A stretch of DNA of 55,582 bases, the filler included, from Sphacelaria rigidula (lineage: Eukaryota): NCBI GenBank assembly GCA_964200075.2. It is 5 parts of 5 records of this genome, joined end to end, with 100 filler letters (N's around TTAATTAATTAA, not from the genome) between each part and the next. Parts side by side here need not be neighbours in the genome. Positions count along the whole stretch, not along the records: positions 11,138 to 22,174 come from CAXNAA020005496.1; positions 22,275 to 33,311 come from CAXNAA020005497.1; 3 more parts are not named here. The stretch is one strand, 5' to 3'. The notes under the pieces are model-generated. The model did no database searches, was not told where the DNA came from, and saw only the letters and a program-made list of their open reading frames with translations. Position 1 is the stretch's first letter. The number at the start of each line of letters is the position of its first letter. The position numbers and the translations under genes were made by a program. Below, piece after piece: positions 11,781-24,933 of the stretch.

Positions 11781-13379
11781 AATGACCGTACTTCGCCCCT
11801 TCCTCAGGATAGAGAAAGTATCGGAATAGCCAGCGCAACTTCCAACGCAATCGCAATGCGACGCCCCAATGGTATCTCGCCGCCCTTGGGGGTACGTCCA
11901 TCGTTCGTGTTGTCTGTGGGATGAGCTTTGGGCGGTAAACACAAATGCTGATGAAAATTTTCATAACAATTTCAAAAAAATGTACCAAAATGAGTATATT
12001 TTGACGTCATTATTAGTATTGATAACTACCCATTTTTCTCCTCATCGGCGTTGTTTGCGCTTTATCTCTTCAGCAAACCCAACCTGAGGATGGTCGTCAA
12101 CGCTGGAATACCGAAACGATTAAACGCCCCTAAGTTCCCAGGCTTACCGGACAGGGGAAGTGTGACGTGTACGGTTCGTCCGGGACGGATCATGGACGGA
12201 AAACAGCAGAAACGACGAAATAGATTTTCGATCCAGGTAGAAATCCTACATGCAAATGTGACGACGGCATCAATATGATCGACTGATTTTGCTCTGTTTA
12301 CACGGCAGCGGGAGAAACGTCGTGTTGGACCACTTCATTTTTGCTCGTTGATAACAGTGCCTGCTGTTTTTTTAACACATCGGACGGACCAGCTCACGGT
12401 TCGTCCGCATGAATCACTAGGACGAATCGACCACGCCATTCGTATGGAAATTGTTAGGTATATGCTCGTCATTATCACGTAAATAACGGGAATAGATCAT
12501 GGGTACACAGGTCTCGTCAGTCGTTCGTGCCGCACGAGTCAGGCGAGCAATCTTCTCCACGGCCACATGTACAACACGGATCATACACGCATTTCGCCAG
12601 ACGTGATTCGTATCGCAAGCATTGCGCACGTTTCCTCACCAGCAGTCTTTTCGTACAACACAAGTGAAACGTACATGTTGCAAAACCTGCACAGCTTATG
12701 CTGTCCACTCGTTTGTATCAATTGCTTACAATTCCTCAGCTGAGGGTTGCACTCGATGTTGAATCTTTCCCCGTTTCCCTTTTGGCAAAGCAACCAAGAA
12801 GTAGGCAATGTGTGGACTCCATGACTTGTGTCATAAATTGACTCGAAGGTTTGTCCGCAAAACATGTCCATGTATCGGAGTATATCTTTTTGTGGGCTTC
12901 ATGGTGTTTCCACAGCTGCAGTTCCGCCGCAATTCGACCCAGGCATGGATGGTTTATAGCTCCCATTTCGTCGCCAACGCTACGAGATTTCGGCGTCACA
13001 ACTGCTGCCGCCGTCTCTACTACCAAGGTCAAGGCTTCACCCCCGACCTGTATCCAGTCGGGGTGACAACCATAACCATTCCACACAGAAAGTGGTCCAG
13101 GAATGATAATATCTTCACGTTCAAACATGAAGGCCATCCCGTACTCGCGTCAGACCTCCCCCTCCCCTCCCCTGGACAGTGAGAGGTTGTGATATTTCTC
13201 CGGCACGCGACCGTGAGAAAGGACGTTTTGGCTTTCGGCGATCGCTCTGTCGAGAACAAGGTTCAATCTCTCGACCACGCGGCATACCAAATCTCAGCGC
13301 TACGCGTGCACGACGCAAGTGCCACTCAACCACCCCCACTTCCACCCAGCGTACAAGTCATTGTACCGATATCGCTCAC

Positions 13380-16300
13380 CGACTCTGCATCCGCAGTCGC
13401 CTCAATCTTCACGTTCCCGCCCTCGATGTCCCACAGTCGCCATTCTAAACCGCCGAGTGACATCGTTGAGCCCGACGGATAGTCAGCGCTGACAGCAGGT
13501 CCTTTGGCACTTTTCTGCGCTCCTGCTGCGTGCGGGTGTTCGTCGCTGGAAGCGATCAAGTCGTTCCAGTAGTTCCGTGACAATATCATCTCCCCCGCTG
13601 TACCGTCGTCCATAGAGGACGCTAAGTCCTGCAGCACGTCAACGATGCATTGTTCGATTGGTTGATTGCTTGCTTGCTTGCTTGCTTGAATGGTTGATTG
13701 AATGGTTGATTGGTCCATTGAATGGTTGGTTGATCGAATGGTTGATTGATTGGTTGGTTGATTGGTTGATTGGTTGATTGACCGGTTGGTTGGTTGATTG
13801 AATGGTTGGTTGATCGAATGGCTGATTGATTGATTGGTTGATTAATTGATCGAATGGCTGATTGATTAATTGATTGATTGAATGGCTGATTGGTTGAACT
13901 GTTGAATGTTTGTTTGAATGGTTGATTGATATAATAGTTGATTGATTGAATGGTTGATTGATATAATAGTTGATTGATTGAATGGTTGATTGACTTATTG
14001 ACTACATTAACGGATCCCCTCGCGGGATTTCAGCCGTGTTCACGAGACTACATGCCACGCGTGAAAGAGAACGGCAAGGTATTGTCTATGATTGTCCCAT
14101 TCACGTTACTAACGGCATTCTACACGCGTTACTATTCATCATGTATTCGAAAAATGGCTATCATACCCACGTGCCCGTGATTTTCCCGGCCGGTTAACTC
14201 GCTTTTTAGTTGGAGAAATTCTATTTTACACGAAAGTGAATAGTTCGTCATAGCTTCATTCATTGTCGCCCCGTCCTTCTACCTCATCACTGCACTAGGT
14301 GTCCGTGCTGTGCTTGTCGATGCTGCAGGCATTCTCGCAGGGCTCTTTGGTTTGGAGTAACCCTTTGCATTGCCGACATGGTCATCCTACGACAATTACG
14401 CTCTGAGTGCTGTGAGTGAGCACCTCAGACTAATGCCTTGAGAAATGGTAACTTATCGTGTGTCCTGGGATCCCCTTTGATTTGGGATTTTCTATCCATG
14501 TGCATATCTGCTCAATGATTTACTCGTTTGCACAAGCGATCTGGGATTTTTTTTCGCACAATGCTTAACAGTGGAGAGCGACTATGTCGTGAGTACACAA
14601 AAGTTGACTCATTACGGTCGACGAGGAAAAGGGAGTGCTGAACCCCTCTCGCGATTAAAAACAAAGGCAAGGACGCAGAAGGAAGGTGGAGAACTAGAAA
14701 AAGAAAGCTGCTGTCTTGGCCTTCCTCCTGGGTGACCCCGGTTGGTGCGCTCACATATCCCGAAAGGTGCAGCCCGGCGTCCACAATAGATGGGGCGACA
14801 ACGCACACACAACAACGGACAACCTCGGCATGTGTAGTCCCTCGTTTGCAACGAGGTATGGCAAATTACCGAAAGAGAACAAACGCACTCTTCAGTTCGT
14901 CATGCATGCTGTCCTCTCACAACTGAAGATGGTACTAGCGTGGTCTGCAACCCTTGCTGACTCCAAGCGGAGGAGAGTGAAGGTGATCCCCTTGACCTTC
15001 TGGTGACAGATTCTTCCGTACGTTTGTCAGAAAGTACAATCTACACCCATCCTTGCCCAACGCACTCCTGATAATTTGTAGCCAGCACGCCCCCTCCCCC
15101 CCCCGAACGCATCCACAGGCGACAGGTGACAGGCCTTTCCTGACCATTGAGCACTGAGCGTAAACAAGCAGTGATGGTAGACAACAAGCTGGTGTGACAG
15201 GCGTTCTACAGCATATTTTCTGGAATCACCGTAATCTAGACGGATACTTCCACCAGAAAGTGCAAGCTGTTCTGCAGACAGCCGTTTCCCTTTGGCCCAG
15301 CTTTTTCCGCCCCAGGGATTTTGTCGGGTGGCCCGACGCTGTATGGGGCTCACCGAAAATGGCGCCCCCGCCGCGACATATTGCCAGCCCTCGTATGGTC
15401 CTCCCACCGTGTACAGCTCCAGGTTGCCAACGCCGAGCGCGATGTGCAAATGCAACACATGACCCTGCAAGGACAAATACACAGTACTTGCAGGTCAAGT
15501 CGCGGATCGGTTTGTGCCGAGCGGGCACACCGGCAGATTGTCTCTACGTTGGTTAGTGACAAAAACATCCTCATTAAAAGGAGAACAATTGAACAAAGTT
15601 TTCTTTTTCTCTTCCTTTTTTAATTCAATATATATATATTCTTTTCTTTTTCTTTATGTACGTCTCAGTGTACTATGTCGTTCTGTTCTGCTTATCCTGT
15701 TTTTTTATTTTTCTTCAGCGAGTGTTTCAGTTGTTGTTTTGCCTTGGGTACGTCTATCATGTGACCACGACTGGATCATGACTACCTGGGGGGTCAGTTA
15801 AAGTGCAACAGCCAATCAAATCAATCAAAGAGACGGTGAGCGGGTCAATACGTCTTGAAACACACGGTGAATTTTCTGAACATGAAAAAAAAACATTTTT
15901 CTCTTCCCCCTCTGTACCGTCCTTTTGCGAATAAGCAGTCTTGAACACCCTGACTTTTGACGCCGAAGTCTGTGTTTTTCCCTCCTGGGTGTGCCTTTCG
16001 GAACAGCGCTGCGCAGCATGTTTTTCCTCAACGCTACTATCACGACATAATATGCACTCAATCTCCATAAATAAGATTACTCTGCCCTCACGTGTCCTGG
16101 TTCGACGCCCGACCGTTCTACCGCATCATGTTGCTCACCTGCGCAGCTCGGATGTACCAGGTTTCGTATCCGAGAACGCGGTTGGCTCGAGACAACAGAG
16201 CAGTGCTACGGTAGGGGTTGCGCTTTTTCTTACCGAAAACGTATTTCTCGGGGGCTGCTTGGGGTGTTGGACGGATCATTTTGAGAATCGGCGCCAATTT

Positions 16301-19300
16301 TACTTGAAAAGGACTGAAAATGATGTCGATTCACAAAAAGGCCCCTGCGTGCAAACACCATATTTCTGAGAGTCCGGTCCCCGGAGATTTGGGTTGTACA
16401 GTAAGCTCCATATATTTGGGCTCCATCACAAAAGAGACCCAGAGACAAAAAGTGCAACCCCTACCGTAGCATTGTTAAACACCACCCTCATTCCCCCCTC
16501 GAGAGGTTGTTATCGCGTCCAATGCGTCAATCTCTCGAGAGCGGGCGGTCAATGTCTAGTGCTGCGGTTGGGGCGCACAAAATATTCATCAGGTTTGAAT
16601 GGTTGGGAGCTCCTTATCCCATCCAAGAAATTACATGCTTGCAAAATATGTGAGAGATACGCCACGGCTAGCGCTTCAATGGACTACGGTAGGAATATCT
16701 CGAATGGATTTTAAAACGGGAACGCTCTGGCCCATACTCTTGTGTGCCTTCTAGGTTGAGGAGCCCAATTCATGGGAAACATGCGGGCCCAACCGTGCAA
16801 CCTTCCCCGTGGCATGACTCCCCAACGATAAAAACTGCTAAGGTATGCGAACATCAGCATCTCGAATGCGCACCATTGAGTTCCCATGGGTTCCTTATTA
16901 GACCCGTGACAATATACGATTTAGGATGGCAACGTATGGATGGTGATCATAATGTGACTAATGCCGAGATACCCCCCCCACAAAAAGTGCACCGCCGCCG
17001 TCCAACAAACTGGCTGCGATCCTACTATTGGGCTCGTTTTCAGCAATTGCGCCCACACGAGAGGCGTGTAGCAGTTCGAAATCAGCTGAGACGCCCAAAT
17101 AAGTCGCGTCGTGCAGCGCGAGTCCAGCTCTAACGGCATTTATCACCATCGCCCCCGTGCACGTTTTTAGCCGGTTCGGGGGGGGGGGCTATCTCGGCAG
17201 CAGTCATGTGTGCCTATTGTAAAGAATGACCTGAGTCAACGAACACTTCAACACGTCGCTTCGTTCCGTGGTTTCAGGGATACACGGCCAATCGTCTTGT
17301 AGCTCAAGGCATGCACAAGGTGAAGCTCGCCTCCTTCCGCTTCCGTTCGCCTGAGTTCCTACCCGCCCCAGTATCCGACCCGTGACCCTCCGACTGCAAA
17401 GTAGCCTACTGTAGGGCGAACATGTTATTGACAACATTTTTATGGGAGATTCGTGTGTGAATGCTCGTGTGGGGAAAGTGCCCAACGCGAGCAGCCGATT
17501 TTCGAACTTGAGGATGGGGCTTCTCATTAAAGATGATAACCCGGAAAGTCATCTTCGTATCTACGTCAAGTGTTCGAGATATGGTTGCATTCCTTCACCT
17601 GCTGGTATATATGTACGACTACTACGCACCATATAAACTTCGATTCCGACAACCGAACGTTTGGGGTCCTGGGTGAAAAACAATGCATTCGCCACCAGTA
17701 GGGGAAGGAATGAAACCATACTTTGCAGAATTGGTGCGGATACACGAAGTTTTTTTGTAATTTCCCGGGTTATCATCTCGTACCAGAAGCCCCATCCTCG
17801 ATTTTGAAAATCGGCTGTTTCCGGCGCACGCATTCGAAGACGTTCGAGATTTTGGGGGTTCCACACTCCCTACCAGAATTTTAGTTCCATCCAGCCTTTT
17901 GATACACAGGGCGCTGACCAAAGCTGCCCTTAGCAAGAGGCTGGTATCGACGACGCTCTTCATCCGGTGCTCACCTGCCACTCAAAGATATGTTCGTCAC
18001 GGAAGCGCATCACCATCACGGAAATAGGAGTCATGCTACGATAGGGGGGGTGGGGTGTTCGATTCCACGAGCAAAAGAACTTATAGGTGCGTCAGTTGAC
18101 CGAACACGCTCGCGTCGTCCTTGTTTCTGGGTAAAAGCGATGTCAAACAGTATGAATGAGCGCTATAAATCGGAAGCAAGCGCATTCGAACTACCGTTGC
18201 TGCTATCAACGATGATGGCATGTGGAATTTCGCGGAACAAAACGGCCCGGAATACCCCCCCTCTATCGTAGCATGACTCAAGGTTAGAGGAAACGCTTGA
18301 GCGATGAGCGAATGCACACCGGACGTTAGTGCGGGAACGGACGGCCAGGTTTTAGACAGTAGTGCCGAATCGAGTTGCAATGCTGTAGAAAAGACCCTAG
18401 TAACGGGTTTTAATTTCCGTATTTCTTTTATCCACTTCCATCCATTTTAATCCTCTTTTATCCATGTTTTATCCATATTTCATCCATGTTTCGTCCATAT
18501 TTTCATCACAAAAGAGGCGAATTGGATGAAAACAAAAAGCATTGTAATAATGGCCGTAAGTCGCAAACACCAAGTTTCTGCGGCATCTGTTGTCATTGTT
18601 GCTTCATTAGCATCCCCATATCCTCGAAATTCAAGGCGCTTCAAGGGTCCCTCATTTGCGTGGAAAGAACGAGCTCGGTATGGCGCATGAAATTGGCGGG
18701 ACCGTGGATAAAAGGTGCGTGTAGCGGATGATATGTACTGCAGCAGACAGGCGCCTTCCATGGACTCATTTCTACCGGTATGCCTACCTCTTAGCTGCGT
18801 ACTACAGCAGAGGCATCTTACGGCGCTGCCGTGTACAATCGAAACGTTACTCGTCTGCACGGAAATTGAGGTCATACTTCGCATATATATAGTGAAAGAC
18901 TGTGCATACGACTGTTTACATGTGGATGCTGAATATTCACGTCATCGCGAGCTTTCCACGGACGGCTGGTCATCGTAGAGCGAAAAGCTCGAGGAAAAGT
19001 AAACGTGGAGTTGATACATTTCCCAATTTGATGTCGCCGGGGTAATGCGGAGTATCCCTCCGGTTTTCGAGGGTGGCAGCCGGGGGAGGGGGGGGGGGGG
19101 GGGGGGGGGGGATATTGAACGTGTTTGGGAAAAAGAAGAAAAAAAGCGTTTTCCCGGCTGTACAATAGTGCCATGAGTAGTATAACAACCTAAACCTCGA
19201 CCATGATGACTGGGATCGGTTAGGTTGATCAAGAGCATCGGACCTGGCGCTTTATAGTGGTAAGACCTACCTCCGACGAGCAACTAACACATACGTCGTT

Positions 19301-21148
19301 ACAGGGAGATCGTAGAGACGGCACTCATTTTCGGGTCTTACTACTTCTCGGTCCCCGGAGTTTGGAATTAAACGTTAATTAAAGTGGACCTTGGAAACCG
19401 AACAACCCTAAAAACTAAAAACTTCGAATCGGAAACATAGAATCCAGACGCTGATCACTACAGCATATAAAATATCCGAACGGCACTAGCACAGGAAGGA
19501 AACAAGAGCCACTTTCGCCGAAAACAACCGGAAATGTCCGAGTCGCACGCACCTGTGAACGCGACTATTAGCGCATCCCCGGCGAGACGAAGGATGTCGC
19601 CACCATGATCCGTGATTGTGGTCATCAGTTGCTGATGCGTGAGCGAGATAGCCGAAAGGGACCCCGATGGGCGCGACCGGATGTTGTTCGTTTTCACGGC
19701 AGATGTTTCGTACGACAAAAGGCAAAGGTACAGAGTACTAAACTGCCGATCAGATCAGGTTATGGCGATACACCCAGCATGATCGAGCGAAGTTGGTTAG
19801 ACCTCGATGCTGCGGAGTGGGGCTTAGGGCGGATGAAGCCGTTTGTGCTGCCAGCTGTATGCAATGCATATTTGCTCACGATGCTGATGCTGCCGGCTCA
19901 TTCCACAGTCATGTACAACACCCGACGATTCACACATCATGGGCGCCACGCAACAGAAAATATCTCTAGAGCTATACTGCACGTATTTCCCTTCGATTTA
20001 CCGATTTGGAATAGTTGAACACGCATGACGCGGTAGTGGAGATCAAATAGGAAACATTCCCCTACTTTAGGGCCATTCATACGGAATGCGGAGTTATGAT
20101 GCTTACATCTGATTTTCGTACTGTATTGACCCGAAGACCTGGGGTCACTGTTCAAGTTTCCTCGTTTTTTTTAGGGAGTGCCAAGTGCACATGACCAACA
20201 ATCTTCTCTTATAAGTGCAAAAGACGGAAGGTGTCTTCCACTCGTCCTACCGATATCGCGCAAACAGGGCTAATTTTCCAATCATTGTGTCTGCGGTTTG
20301 TGGTGAGTATTTGGTGCGTCAGAGAAACCCGAGAGGTACCCGAGGCTTTCCGTGTTTCCGCTACCGAACGGAATGACCCTTGAACGTGATCGTTTAAGAA
20401 AGAGAGCTCCGTTCTAGTGCGCTGGAGTAGAATCATCACGATTTCCCTTTACCACTCACTCTCCAGGGCTACACGACCATTCTCATCAGAGAAACAAGTG
20501 ACTGCCGGATACGGTAGCCGTCTTTCTTCATCATGGCGCTCTGACGAGCTATCAACCATGGTGATGAAAGTATATTCGAAAGTATCACAGATATATTGAT
20601 TGATTGATTGATCGATTGATTGTCGCACTTTAACTGACCCCCAAGGGGTCCAGCCGTGGTCTCAAGAAAAACGGGATTCAAACACGCTTTAAGGAAAAAC
20701 AAAAAAGGAACAGAAAACAATAGGAAAAGGAAAAAAAAAGAGGAAATAAAGAGGGGTCAAACAGAACGACATAGCAGACTAAGTCGTGACAAAAAAAGAG
20801 TAACAAACATCCAACACAAGCAAAGCGCAGAAAGAAATGGCCGACCTAAAGCAAGAAAGAGGAATGTGTATATATATATATATATATATAACTCCAAGGG
20901 TGAGGGTAGAGAAATGGTAACCTGCATCTCTTGTACCGACGGCGGCGCATCGCCGGTGGACGCTCTGCTCACGTTGAAAAACACGTTGAGCACCACCTGG
21001 AGTTGCTCCGCGCCGAAGCCCGCCTGGCCTTCCTCCGTCGTCTCCAGGCGTAGCAATCTGGCCGACATCATCGTGCTCGTGTATGACTTTGCCAGCTCAC
21101 CGCTTTCTTCACGGTCGAGCGCATCGCCGCCGGTACCACTTGATTTTT
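13380..21148 (-). CDS. Partial gene: class III nucleotidyl cyclase, soluble adenylyl cyclase (ADCY10/sAC)-like C1 domain
   Basis: Phase-compatible GT-AG exons ~21148-20973, 19631-19553, 17974-17874, 15464-15354 and 13628-13380 give GAEQLQVVLNVFFN/QLMTTITDHGGDILRLAGDALIVAFTG/...RAALVSALCIKRLDGTKIL/GHVLHLHIALGVGNLELYTVGG...WQYVAAGAPFS/DLASSMDDGTAGEMILSRNYW, the motif order of the sAC C1 domain. The acceptor of the first listed exon is approximate. Confidence 0.8.
13655..13995. repeat. Compound (GCTT)n/(GATT/GGTT)n microsatellite
   Basis: Direct reading of tetranucleotide arrays in the intron upstream of the 13628 acceptor. Confidence 0.9.
14536..14812 (+). mobile_element. SINE family B copy
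   Basis: cgatctgggatttt...gagcgactatgtc...ggtcgacgagg...cttcctcctgggtgacccc...acaacgcacacac; colinear with the 5553 and 48490 copies. Confidence 0.65.
16198..16477. mobile_element. MITE with GAG termini and 4-bp TSD (same family as 4991, opposite orientation)
   Basis: TIR gagcagtgctacggtaggggttgc / gcaacccctaccgtagcattgtta; TSD AACA. Confidence 0.85.
16956..17205. mobile_element. MITE with GAC termini and 4-bp TSD
   Basis: TIR gactaatgccgagatacccc / ggggctatctcggcagcagtc; TSD ATGT. Confidence 0.8.
17459..17835. repeat. Long degenerate foldback element
   Basis: cagccgattttc...gaggatggggcttct...gatgataacccgg...cttcgt...tatggtt...attccttc mirrored in 17694-17817. Confidence 0.7.
18028..18279. 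mobile_element. MITE, GAGTCATGCTACGATAG TIR family
   Basis: Perfect 17-bp TIR gagtcatgctacgatag / ctatcgtagcatgactc; interior colinear with 25346-25602; TSD not preserved. Confidence 0.8.
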
Positions 21149-21765
21149 CTTTTGTGGGCAAAAAGGTACGAAGCGAGTGTAAGTGGATGGATGGCAGGAT
21201 AGGGCGAGAGATGGAGGGATCTAGAGACGTTGCATACATAAACCAGTAAGCGCCAGATACGTCATAACTACACATTCTCTGCAAAATCGGGCATGTGGCC
21301 ACTTGCTTGTAGGGTAGCTGAGGTAGTTCTACTTCCATCAGATGTCCCCTTGTATTGGCGGTGTTGAGTCCTGAGGTGTGCACATACCTCCATTTCCCAG
21401 CTAGTACAACGTTGTTCCTACGTTTGTGTGCTTCATAGGTACTAGAGTCACGGATACGAGGAGTACGACCAACCGTGCACCACGGGAAATCGGTAAACAT
21501 GTTAGGGCCCGGGAATGGTCGTATAGACCGACGCGGCGATACGTTCTATCGTCGGCTGTAGTCTCGCCCGTAAGCATCAATACCCGCAAATTGACAAATA
21601 CACGACGATCCAGTCCACGCCTGATCAATCATCAGTTCCTCGAGAGATATTATTTGACCCGACGGTCGTTGATACAGGGTGTCCGCTTCGCTCTATATTC
21701 GGTAACATGATACAATTCCTTCCGATATGGATCATTCCCGATTCCGAGTACCCCGGAGGGCAGCG

Positions 21766-22061
21766 GACACTTTCTACGATAGCCCTTCCCCCAAACGAAA
21801 CCAGCCTGTCAATGGTTAAAAGGCCAAGGCGAGCAACAAATGGGTACACCCCCCAAACCAGCCCAAACCCGTCTCGAAAAAATGGCCATATAGCACCTGA
21901 TGTTCGGTTTCAGGCCGCATGAAGTCCCTCATGTGGTCGACATTTGCGAAAATGAACCCAAGCGTTGGAATTCCCAGCTGCTCGTTGTGCCCGTCTTTTT
22001 TCAATTCGATTTGCGTGTAGATTTTGCATCCCCAAACCAGCCACTTTAGGTGTGTGTGTGT

Positions 22062-22092
<31 letters not shown>

Positions 22093-22096
22093 GGGG
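21766..22096. mobile_element. MITE, GACACTTTCTACGATAG family (right end degraded by a (TG)n/G run)
   Basis: Colinear with 47125-47381 and 33057-33274 (ccaaaccagcccaaa...gcctgatgtt...gaacccaagcgt...aattcccagct). Confidence 0.7.
21807..21853 (+). mobile_element. Poly(C)-tailed short retroposon, 5'-truncated copy inside a MITE C-run
   Basis: gtcaatggttaaaaggccaaggcgagcaacaaatgggtacacccccc flanked by an imperfect duplication of cccccaaa(c)cagcc. Confidence 0.6.
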
Positions 22097-22174
22097 TTAA
22101 TGAGAAAGGAAAATGGAGACTTCTTTTTTTGTACCCGTCCTGTTGGGTGCGGGGAGATAAAATTCTCGGGAGAG

Positions 22175-22274
22175 NNNNNNNNNNNNNNNNNNNNNNNNNN
22201 NNNNNNNNNNNNNNNNNNTTAATTAATTAANNNNNNNNNNNNNNNNNNNNNNNNNNNNNNNNNNNNNNNNNNNN
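22175..22274. other. Artificial contig-joining spacer
   Basis: N44-TTAATTAATTAA-N44. Confidence 0.98.
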
Positions 22275-22461
22275 TGCATCCCGCTAAGATTATTCGGCCC
22301 GAGGCCTACTGATTATCCTACATTTGGATGATAACCTACAATGATTTGCTTTGTTCTGCGGTATCGCCACTTCCAGAGACAGCCACGGCTTTTACACTGC
22401 CTCATGGGTGTCTAACCAGAATGCAAGATAATCAGTAGGCTTCGGCTGGTTGTGTGTGTGT

Positions 22462-22534
22462 GGGGGGGCGTACTCATTTGTTGCTTGCCTTAGTCATTTG
22501 ACCATTGACCACGCATCCCTTTCGAGACGGAGCA
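22462..22534 (-). mobile_element. Poly(C)-tailed short retroposon copy
   Basis: Reverse complement essentially identical to 998-1069; lies between two G runs and abuts a lone MITE TIR (ggggctatcgtaaaaagtgtc, 22537-22561). Confidence 0.8.
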
Positions 22535-23290
22535 AAGGGGGGGGCTATCGTAAAAAGTGTCGCCTGTGCAGTCAGTCGTGATGAACAGCGTTGACTTTCA
22601 GCTGCCTCCCGTTGCCCACGAGGTGACGCCTCCGCCATGACCACTACGCCATTTTCCAAACAAAGAGCATGAGACGAAGGTCCATGGCAAGGCTCTCTCA
22701 TAAAAAAACAGCAGTTCTCCCCGGCCTCCTGGGTACATGTCTAGCTTTACGGAAAGCAAATCGATTTCTTTAGTGCTATGTGTATGAACAGGAAAATGGA
22801 TGGGATGTAGGGTACACCGCTTCACGCAGGCTCTGGTTTGGCAGAAACGCACACACTAAATGGACTTGAAGAATGGCTGGCGTACCGAAATCTTGTGTGA
22901 GCTCACTGAATGAGTGAAAAAAATTACGCTTCCTTTTTGAGTCAATCGTCTATCATCTTCACGACTTCTCACGAGGAGCTACCGCAGGGTACATTTTTTT
23001 TCATCAGGTCCCTTATCGGCTCAAATGAGCGCTACGGAAGTTTTGTCTCCATCGTTGGTAGGGCATGAATTCGCCAGAGAATGAGATAAGGTACAGCAAA
23101 TGAATGCCCTGTAAAACGTGGCGGACGGCATGCCTGAGGATAACGCGTAGGTCAGGTTTTGTCGGCCATATCGATGAATTGGTGATATTTTGAAAGGTCA
23201 AGAGAACACCGTTCAGTTAACGTCCGTGGGATGCTTGGTTCTGCGATCGCCTTGTTGATTCGCCGCCGGGCAGACGACAGTAATCCAAAG

Positions 23291-24862
23291 GTTTGCGAGG
23301 ATGGCAATATGGAGGCCCAAGTGGCAGCGGCTGCGCGTAATACCTGTCGTTATCCAGAGGGTGGTCCGTGGACACCTCGCGAGGTACCGTGTGATCAGGA
23401 ATTGTTATCAGGCATGTACACATACGTCGGTGCTTCAGCTTCAATATTTCTCACGGACTGCGGCGGAATTTCCTCCACCCGGCGAGCTGTGTAGATCATG
23501 AATCCGAGGCGTTCAACAACACGTTCTGCGCTGTGTATGCGCATTTGTTTTTCAGTAAATAGCTGATGGGCCGGATTTCATATTGGCAATAAGCGAGACC
23601 TCTAAGCATCTTCTTTCGTATTCCTGTACTGTACACTTTGTACAGTAGGAATGTGCACATGCACCGTTGGGTAGGCTCCCTACCTTTGCCTTAATATTTT
23701 CCAACGCTTAGTATCTCGCGTTGATCACCACGAATGCAATGAAGACATGCAGGCAAGGGAACGGTCTACGGCAACAAGTTTTCGCCCCCGCCCTACCTTC
23801 GTACCGTGCAAAAAACGGTGGACGCCGATTGCGTTCCCTTTTCACAGGCAACACGTCCGTCGCTTACGGAACGACCGCTATAGAGCTCTGGAGGTGTCCA
23901 TGGGGAAGGCGGTACCGTTTCAGGTGGCGTGGAGAGGTTTCCAGGGTAGGAGGGCACTGCGACGGCTGCGAGACGAGAAGGAAGAGGAGTGGCACGCCGC
24001 TGTGATGTTGCAGCGGGTGTGGTACCGGTAAGGGTCCACATCCCCCCCCCCCCCAAATATTGATGCAAGTCACTTGTCAAACTCGAGTCATGCCACAGGA
24101 TACGGTCGAGCTTTTGGCTGGAAGTTGATCTACGCTCGACGACGACGTCAATGGCCCCTAAATTCGAGGGCAGACTACAGGTGCACACAAATGGCGTGGG
24201 ACGCGCCGGAATGTTTTTGTTACTCTCAGTCGCACCTACTGCGTGTAACAGTACTCTCTCGGGCGAGGCAGTGCTGGCTTCCACTTCATCACTTCGGGAG
24301 AAGAGGTCGCACGGAAGACGTTACTCCTCTCTCGTCCTCTCCGTCGTAAGTGTTGCTCGTGGCTGGCCGGTAGTTCGAGCGATGTTTCCCAGCTGGGTTG
24401 CCTGTTCATCTTCTTTCTGGGCTCCTTCTCATTCCCCCTCCCGTCGTGTTCTGCTTTCTTCCCCTTTCTTGTGTTCCTTTCGCTGATTCCTTTCTGTGTT
24501 CCCTTCTTGTTCTGCTTCTTTCTCTTGTTTCCTTTCTTTTCTTGTTTGTTGTACGGTCTCCCCGTATGAAGCCATGCGGCAGAGGGCTCTTCGGTTTGTT
24601 TTCTCTGGACCGGCACTCAATCTTGGCCTGAGGCCGCTCTCGTAATCCTGGTTTCTTGATTTTCCTTCACCTTCTTGTGCCCCTTCTTTTGGTCAGCTTG
24701 CTCTGTTTGTTCTCGATTCTCTCGTTCATGTTACCCCCGCACTCGATTCCCCGTCAGCGAGTGTTTCCGTCCACTATACTTTGAGCGAGTCTGACTTGTT
24801 GTGTCCGCGGCTGGATTCATTGTGGCTACTGTACGCCAATTTGCAGCAATCGAGCGAGCAAT

Positions 24863-24933
<71 letters not shown>

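Noticed and set aside
12736-13047. Next cyclase exon (VGGEALTLVV...)
   Set aside because: Plausible acceptor but no convincing donor or cyclase motif.
16958-17149. NAVRAGLALHDA as the missing cyclase exon
   Set aside because: Lies inside a MITE with TIRs and a TSD; the exon 17974-17874 fits phase and motif better.
19759-19856. Plus-strand exon-like segment (MKPFVLPA)
   Set aside because: Antisense within the cyclase intron, weak donor and no partner exons.
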